In this document: positions 57,444 to 64,000 of the stretch, piece by piece
How positions within the stretch are numbered: position 1 is the first letter of the stretch
How the letters are laid out: every line of letters begins with the position of its first letter
Notes under the pieces: model-generated
What the model was told of the DNA's origin: nothing
Databases searched by the model: none
The model's input: only the letters and a program-made list of their open reading frames with translations
Made by a program: the position numbers and the translations under genes
Source: an uncultured Puniceicoccaceae bacterium
GTDB taxonomy: Bacteria; Verrucomicrobiota; Verrucomicrobiia; Opitutales; Oceanipulchritudinaceae
NCBI GenBank assembly: GCA_963933835.1
Contig: CAWVVV010000006.1
Location: forward strand, 1-64,000
DNA length: 64,000 bases
Direction of reading: 5' to 3'

Positions 57444-58451
57444 TTAGTCGGCGCTGACTTCGCGCGGGCTGTGCGCACCGGTCTTCTCATCGTAGTCTTG
57501 ATAGGCTTCGATGATTCGCTGCACGAGGGGGTGACGGACGACGTCGCTACCGTCGAGGTGGTGAAATATAATACCCGGCACATGGCCGAGGACTTTTTCG
57601 GCTTCTTTAAGGCCAGAATATTTGTGACGGGGAAGATCGACCTGCGTTTTGTCTCCGGTGACCACGTAGCGGCTCCCGTGCCCGAGTCGAGTGAGCATCA
57701 TCATCATTTGCTCTGGTGTGGTATTTTGGGCTTCGTCGAGAATTACAAAGGCATTGCTCAGCGTGCGTCCGCGCATGTAAGCGAGCGGGGCGATTTCGAT
57801 TTTTCCGGGGCGCTGTTCTTTGGGGTCACCGATAATACGGGCGGCGTCCATCGGCCCGAGCATGTCGTTGATCGCATCGAAGAGGGGCTGCAGGTAGGGG
57901 CGGACTTTTTCGTTGAGATCACCAGGGAGGAAGCCGAGGGCTTCACCCGCTTCAACCGCAGGTCGGGTAAGGATGATACGCTCGACGGACCCAGCGAGCA
58001 GCGCTTCCAGGGCAGCAGCGACAGCGAGGAAAGTTTTGCCCGTGCCAGCTGGACCGATGCCGAAGACGATTTCGTTGTTCCTGATCGCTTGGAGATAGCG
58101 CATCTGGTTCACCGTTTTGGGAACTATACTCGTTTTTTTGATCACGATGCGGGTTTTGTCCGCAAATGCCTCGGCGAGCTCTGCGTTCTTGCCTTCGACG
58201 ACTGCCTTCAGGATGTAGCTAAAGTCACCTTTGGTGATCTTTAGTCCCGAGTTTCGGCCCGCATCGAGGAGCTTAAAGAAGGCCTCTGCCCTCTCGATCG
58301 ATTCTTCCTCGCCGGAGAGCTTAACCCAGTCGTCCCGTGTCAGCGTTTCCAAGCCGAAGGCTTCGTCGATGATGAGGAGATTTTGTTCATCTTTGACGAA
58401 GAGCTCTGAAAGTAGGCGAGGGCTTTGAAAATAGAGGGTCTTTTCAGGCAT
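57444..58451 (-). CDS. phoH: PhoH family ATPase
   Basis: GPAGTGKT, LTRPAVEAGE.LGFLPG, YMRGRTL, DEAQN and DVVRHPLV motifs. Confidence 0.93.
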   Translation of the reverse strand: MPEKTLYFQSPRLLSELFVKDEQNLLIIDEAFGLETLTRDDWVKLSGEEESIERAEAFFKLLDAGRNSGLKITKGDFSYILKAVVEGKNAELAEAFADKTRIVIKKTSIVPKTVNQMRYLQAIRNNEIVFGIGPAGTGKTFLAVAAALEALLAGSVERIILTRPAVEAGEALGFLPGDLNEKVRPYLQPLFDAINDMLGPMDAARIIGDPKEQRPGKIEIAPLAYMRGRTLSNAFVILDEAQNTTPEQMMMMLTRLGHGSRYVVTGDKTQVDLPRHKYSGLKEAEKVLGHVPGIIFHHLDGSDVVRHPLVQRIIEAYQDYDEKTGAHSPREVSAD

Positions 58452-58747
58452 ATGGCTTTATGATCAGCGACATGAAACGATCCGGCGATGTGTCCTAGCG
58501 TGGAGGAGGCTTTGCTTGCCGGCCGAAATAGAGTGATGGATATCCAGATAGGTGAATGCGCACGAAAAGGGTGTTCAACCGGTCATTTACTCGTGGGCCA
58601 GCCTGTGTGAAACAACTGGGTTGTAAAGGGTCAACTCGGCCTTCCGCTGGACATCCAGAGGCTCGAATTAGGGCTCGTTTTGTGCCTCTGAAGCATCTCT
58701 TAGGTCCCGCTAAGAGGAAGAGCATGCGACTTATTGGGGAGTTCCGA

Positions 58748-58774
58748 TCAAAGGTGAGTCGTGTAGTCCGATGT
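58748..58774 (+). promoter_or_regulatory. Possible sigma28-type promoter upstream of the response regulator
   Basis: TCAA-N15-TCCGATGT. Confidence 0.3.
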
Positions 58775-58875
58775 TTACCTTAGCCAATACCAAAGGTGGA
58801 ACGCTTGGGTAATCGCTTCGGCGATACATAAGATGTTCTATACCAATGTATTGGGGATGGATTATTCACGCATTT

Positions 58876-59861
58876 ATGATTAAAAACGCCAAAGCAGTCA
58901 TTGTCGAAACCTCTGGTAATGAGGCGGCCCACGAATCCTACTTGAGTGTATTGGAGCGTGGGCTGACGCCGGTCTTTTTGGAGAGCGCTCAAGAGGCCCT
59001 AGAGGCCTATCAGCAGGGAGATGTGGCAGTATTGGTTTCAGATCTCCGCCTCGCCGAAATGGATGGACTGGTTCTCGCCCGAAAAGTCCGGCGCTTTGAT
59101 CCCGATGCGGTGATCATTTTGACGGCCGCGATCGAACGTAAGGCGGACTTATTGGCGGCTCTCCGTCTGGGTGTTTTTGATTTCTTTGTGAAGCCGTTTG
59201 GAGCGCGCGAATTTGCTGATAGCCTTGAGCGAGCGGTGGCCTATCGTGCGAGGTCAACTCAGCCTAGGGCCGCGGATGAAGTTGCTGCACCTGAGGCCAA
59301 CGAACTCAACACGGAAGAGTTACACGCGAATGAAGAAGAGTTGAGCCGCCTTCGTTTGGCGCTTGAGGCGAAAGAGCAGAGCTTCGCAGAACTCGAAAAA
59401 TTGCTTCAGGACAAAGAGGCCCGGTGCGAGCGGACGATGGAGGATGTTGACGTACTTCACCCGTTGCGGCATCGGAAGCATCCGTTGGCGGGAACAGCGA
59501 GGAGCTGCAAGCTCGAGAAGATGCACTGGCGGAGCGTGAGGCTCGCCAGATTGAGCGAGAAGCCTTCCTCGAACACAGCGAAAACACACTTTTTGATAAG
59601 GGACAGCAGCTTCAGGAGTTTGAGACTGAACTCGAACATCGTGCAGAGGGGTTGGGAGAGCCCTCCTCAGCCTCTCAGGTAAATCCCGAAGACGAAGCAC
59701 GCCTTCATAAAGTCGAAGCAGAGCTCAGTTTGCGCAAACAGGAACTCGGGGAGCGCGAACGGATTTTACGTAAGAACGAGGCAATCGTTAAAGCCCGCGA
59801 ACTCTATCTCAAAGAGAGCGAAAACATTCTCTTTGATCGTGAAGATATTTCTTCTTCTTAG
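58876..59861 (+). pseudogene. Response regulator (receiver + coiled coil) broken by a frameshift near 59451
   Basis: Receiver motifs VSDLRLAEMDG, IILTA and KPF. The coiled-coil tail (EELQAREDALAEREAR...ENILFDRE) continues in the -1 frame after the TGA at 59448-59450. Confidence 0.75.
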
Positions 59862-60004
59862 GGCCTTCACAGCCGTCATTATTTTTACTTTTACGGGGTC
59901 TAGAAAAGCTTGTTTTGACTGAAATTTTGGCACCTAGATGTAAAACCTCGTTTGTACGGCAGTTTTTACTTCATTGGCCGTTCTTGAGACCGAAGTTGAA
60001 GCCT

Positions 60005-60778
60005 ATGTCGGAAGACAAAAGAAAGGTCAGTCGTCTCGTTGCTTCCGCCGCATGTTTGTCGGCTGGTTTCTTTTTCATGGCCTATTTAGCGGTGTCGCTA
60101 TCGACCTTTTGGGCATCCCAACACGCGTCGACGATCGAAGAGTTTCATGACCTCGAACTTCGCAACGGGATCATCTTTTCTGGGATTTGCAGCCTAGGGC
60201 TTTTCAGCATCATATATAGTACTTTAAGGTGGCTGGATCAGAAGGAGCAGGAAGCGAACGATCTGGATAAGAGAATTTAAGGAGCAGAGGGCCGGCTCGC
60301 GACGACGATGGTCGTTCATACCGTTGTTCATGATACGAACAACCTTCTCGGAGTCATTCGCTCGGGCTTAAGCATGCTGAAGGATCCAGCAGTGGAGATC
60401 GATCCTACGTCCCTTTGCAATCGGATGGGAACGGCTGTCGACCGCGTCGAAGATATGCACCGCCAGCTGATGCGCCGAGAACGAGAATTACACGACAGAG
60501 AGGCGACACTGGATATCTTCCCTCTTGAAGAGGCTCTCAATGAGTTGCGTTCCTACGCCCGCCTGCATCCGCGCTTGAAGGACTGTGACCTACACTTTGG
60601 TGGGGGCGAAAGTCTCAATCTTCGGGCAAATCGGACAGAATTTGCACAGGCGATTCTCAATCTAATCCTGAATGCCGCGGATGCGACGAACAATGAGGGC
60701 CGGATTAGCGTCGAGGCACTTCAGATGGGTAGCCAGATCCGGCTGGAAGTGGATGACGACGGCCCAGGGATTACTTAG
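60005..60778 (+). pseudogene. Sensor histidine kinase pseudogene
   Basis: The 2-TM sensor ORF ends in TAA (60278-60280), in frame with the HDTNN H-box / NLILNAADA N-box ORF. That ORF stops at DDGPGIT*, with no F or G2 box afterwards. Confidence 0.8.
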
Positions 60779-60973
60779 GTCCAACGGTCTATGGAGCTCG
60801 ATTTACGCCTGATTTACACACCTTTTTAAAGGGGTGTAATAGACTGGGAGCGAAAAAGGATCCAAATGAAACCTTAGACTGCTTTGGAAATAGGTGATTA
60901 TGCCTAGGATTCAGGTTTAGCGTGCCTGCTTTCAGGTTCTCCGAAGGAATTCAGCTGGATATGACTGAACGGA

Positions 60974-61903
60974 TCACCCCTCTGCGAGCCACCGCTCTGT
61001 TTCGATAGCTGACTGGCAGCCAAGGCCTGCCGCGGTGATTGCTTGCCGGTAAACATGGTCGGCGCAATCGCCGGCAACGTAGACGCCGGAGACTTCGGTT
61101 TGAACCTGACTGCCTGCTTTAGGCAGGAAGTAGCCGTTCTCGTCGAGCGGTAGAACGCCTTCAAAGGGTTGAGTGTTCGGAATGTGGCCGATGGCGATAA
61201 AGAATCCTTTGCATGGAACTTCAGTGATTTCACCTGTTTTGAGGTTTTTCACTGCCGCTGCGCGCGTATTGCCCGCGTCATCAGCGAGCACTTCGGTCGG
61301 CGCGCTGTCCCACAGGACTTCAATTTTTTCGTGTTCGATAACGCGATCGGCCATGATTTGAGATGCGCGCAGAGCGTCGCGCCGGTGAATTAGCGTCACC
61401 TTAGACGCGAAACGGGTGAGAAAGAGGGCTTCCTCCGCTGCACTGTCTCCGCCGCCGACGACGATAATTTCATCTCCTCGGTAAAAAGCACCATCACAGG
61501 TAGCGCAGGTGCTGACGCCTTTGCCTCCCCACATCTCTTGTTCACCGGGAATGCCGAGGGTTCGGGGACTGGCACCGGTTGCTATGATGACAGCTTTTGC
61601 TTCGAAAACCTTTCCGTCTTCAGCGATAAGCTTTTTCGTTTCGCCGGAAAAATCAGCACTGGCGATTTTTGAGTATTCGTAGCGCGCACCAAACCTTGAG
61701 GCCTGCTTCCTGAGATTATCCATGAGTTGAAAGCCGTCGATGCCTTCTGGGAAACCGGGGAAGTTCTCAACTTCGCTCGTTGTCGTGAGCTGACCACCTG
61801 GCTGACTCCCTTCGAGGATAAGGGGATTCAGGTTCGCGCGGGCGGTGTAGATTCCTGCAGTGAGTCCAGCGCAGCCGGTTCCGAGAATGATAACGTTTTC
61901 CAT
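60974..61903 (-). CDS. trxB: Thioredoxin-disulfide reductase
   Basis: GGQLTTT.EVENFPG, CATCDG, GGGDSA.EEA and YRQAITAAG motifs. Confidence 0.96.
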   Translation of the reverse strand: MENVIILGTGCAGLTAGIYTARANLNPLILEGSQPGGQLTTTSEVENFPGFPEGIDGFQLMDNLRKQASRFGARYEYSKIASADFSGETKKLIAEDGKVFEAKAVIIATGASPRTLGIPGEQEMWGGKGVSTCATCDGAFYRGDEIIVVGGGDSAAEEALFLTRFASKVTLIHRRDALRASQIMADRVIEHEKIEVLWDSAPTEVLADDAGNTRAAAVKNLKTGEITEVPCKGFFIAIGHIPNTQPFEGVLPLDENGYFLPKAGSQVQTEVSGVYVAGDCADHVYRQAITAAGLGCQSAIETERWLAEG

Positions 61904-62019
61904 TTTTTCTGAAGATGAGAATCTGCAATCTGTAGATCGAGGCATTTGTGAGTCCCAACGGATCTTTTCTATTCCGACCCAAGTTCAACGCATGTGCTCG
62001 GACCCCTCCATGGCGACCT

Positions 62020-62697
62020 TTAGTTCAGGCTGGTATCGACGTCTGGAAGCCGAGAATTCAGGTCGCGTTCGAAATTGCAGCGGGAGTGTTCACGCTGGAG
62101 ATAAGTAAGGAGTGTTAGGTAGCGTTCTTCAACCGATGCCGTAGAGAGTAGCTTCTGCTTCAGGTCAGCCTTGGAGCACGCTGCGAAGACGAGTAGATCG
62201 ATGTAGGTCTCATACTCCTCGAGTTGCTCGAGAAAGCTCATGAATTCTGTTGGAACCTCGTTTGTTAGAGATGGTTCATGCGCTAAGATTTTTCCAATGT
62301 TCGCCTTACTCGAGGCAAGAAAGTCGGGCTGAGTGATTTCTGGGGTCAAGAGAGGCTCGACCTGTAGCAGAGGATAGGGATCGTGGCTCACGACGTCTTT
62401 AACCTTTACGCGCTGAAGCCCTTGTAGAACGAGATTTGAGGTGCCGTTTGGAGCAATCTCAGAGGCGCGAATCACTCCAATCGTCGCGACGCGACAGGGG
62501 ATCTCGTCTTTGCTCGTTCCTCTTGTTTCGTCCTGACATGCCACGATGAAAAGCTGGTTGCTCGAGAGGACGTCGGAAAGCATCTGTCGGTAGCGAGGCT
62601 CAAAAATATGCAGCGGGAGAATTGCCTGCGGAAAGAAGACAGTCTGCTGCAGTATCATGGCCGGAACTTTGTCCGGTATCTTTACCTCAAGGTGCAT
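62020..62697 (-). CDS. LON peptidase substrate-binding domain protein
   Basis: VFFPQAILPLHIFEPRYRQML motif; no ATPase or protease domain. Confidence 0.85.
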   Translation of the reverse strand: MHLEVKIPDKVPAMILQQTVFFPQAILPLHIFEPRYRQMLSDVLSSNQLFIVACQDETRGTSKDEIPCRVATIGVIRASEIAPNGTSNLVLQGLQRVKVKDVVSHDPYPLLQVEPLLTPEITQPDFLASSKANIGKILAHEPSLTNEVPTEFMSFLEQLEEYETYIDLLVFAACSKADLKQKLLSTASVEERYLTLLTYLQREHSRCNFERDLNSRLPDVDTSLN

Positions 62698-62744
62698 AGG
62701 TTGAAAATAAGTGCTCTCGAGATTTACGCAAGTTGTTGGCGAGT

Positions 62745-63068
62745 CTAGCTATCTTTCCATTTCCAAGCTTGGAGTAGGCTTCGATCTGGTTCGTCGTTCT
62801 CAGAAAAATAGACCGCAAGGCGGAGGTGCCAGAGTCGGTCGGCGGGGATATTTTTCCGTTCTTTCTGAATGTCATCAAATAAGGATTCAGGAGAGCGCCC
62901 GCGAAGCTCATGGGTGTGACGAATACCCAAGTCGAGAAGATCTCGTACCGTCGGCAGATCGAGGCCTGGGATCCGACTCAAAGGCGAATTCAGCGCCTCA
63001 TAGTCGATTTTCTTTTTTTTCTTTTTGGGCGGACGGGAAAAAAAGGCGGCTTCGAAATCGATCGGCAT
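62745..63068 (-). CDS. Helix-hairpin-helix protein (Cdd1/TfoX-C-like)
   Basis: LSRIPGLD..TVRDLLDLGI...ELRGRSPE.LF...LAVYF...WKWKD. Confidence 0.7.
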   Translation of the reverse strand: MPIDFEAAFFSRPPKKKKKKIDYEALNSPLSRIPGLDLPTVRDLLDLGIRHTHELRGRSPESLFDDIQKERKNIPADRLWHLRLAVYFSENDEPDRSLLQAWKWKDS

Positions 63069-63153
63069 AGTCTCAAACAGTGGTGATTTGAAAAGAGGAC
63101 GTCGGTTGGCGTGATGACGCAAAGCTTTATCTCGAGTTCTGGTGTGCAGTGAG

Positions 63154-63200
63154 GTGACTCAAGTGTGACACAAAGTGTGACATGTCACGGTTTTTGGCAC
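63154..63200 (+). promoter_or_regulatory. dnaK upstream regulatory array
   Basis: AAGTGTGACA direct repeats (63161, 63173), palindrome GTGACATGTCAC (63177-63188), then TTGGCAC (sigma54 -24-like). Confidence 0.5.
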
Positions 63201-63296
63201 ACCTTTCAATCAGATGGATGATCTGTAAGTATCAGAAGAAGAACAGGATGCGATTTCATAGGCAATTTGGAGAGTCGTATGCTAAAGAGATCCTAA

Positions 63297-64000
<704 letters not shown>

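Noticed and set aside
58452..58875. 420-bp intergenic region as a possible ncRNA such as 6S
   Set aside because: No long closing helix or recognisable conserved motif seen by eye; it is probably divergent promoter sequence or a decayed gene.
63258..63285. Degenerate CIRCE upstream of dnaK
   Set aside because: Too many mismatches to TTAGCACTC-N9-GAGTGCTAA.

Overview
A core-chromosome window (GC roughly 55%) from a Verrucomicrobiota bacterium, most likely Opitutales/Puniceicoccaceae-like. The taxonomic call is inferred from a Minf_1886-type protein, a large PilX-like pilin, a PEP-CTERM protein, RNase HIII and mostly SD-less, A-rich start regions. The left edge is the end of an integrative element: a tyrosine integrase just downstream of tRNA-Ser. 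The rest holds tRNA-Lys/Thr/His, lexA, a molybdenum-hydroxylase cassette (IorAB-like, XdhC, MocA), an M16 peptidase, ribBX, ydeP-fdhD, panB-panC-coaX-panD, rpsU, mutY, rnhC-rnhB, pdxJ-acpS, nrdR, trpG, tgt, secA-lnt, rsmE, an mlaEFD operon led by a Trp-Pro repeat protein, rsmD, hemL, def, a Fur-family regulator, phoH-HD-ybeY, trxB and the start of dnaK. The most interesting unannotated signals are: (1) two tandem sibling ~80-nt small RNA genes downstream of mlaD, each with an identically spaced ECF/sigmaE-type promoter, a U-rich AGUU-repeat body and a covarying terminator; (2) a MotA/ExbB-like plus MotB-like pair whose B subunit carries a long coiled coil and a protease-like domain; (3) four 8-bp-period GAACA direct repeats over the lexA promoter instead of the known palindromic box; (4) an H-NS/MvaT-like candidate nucleoid protein; (5) a poly-G frameshift in a giant pilin; and (6) several deletion and frameshift scars confined to accessory genes. 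All product calls come from motif recognition by eye. No database searches were run.
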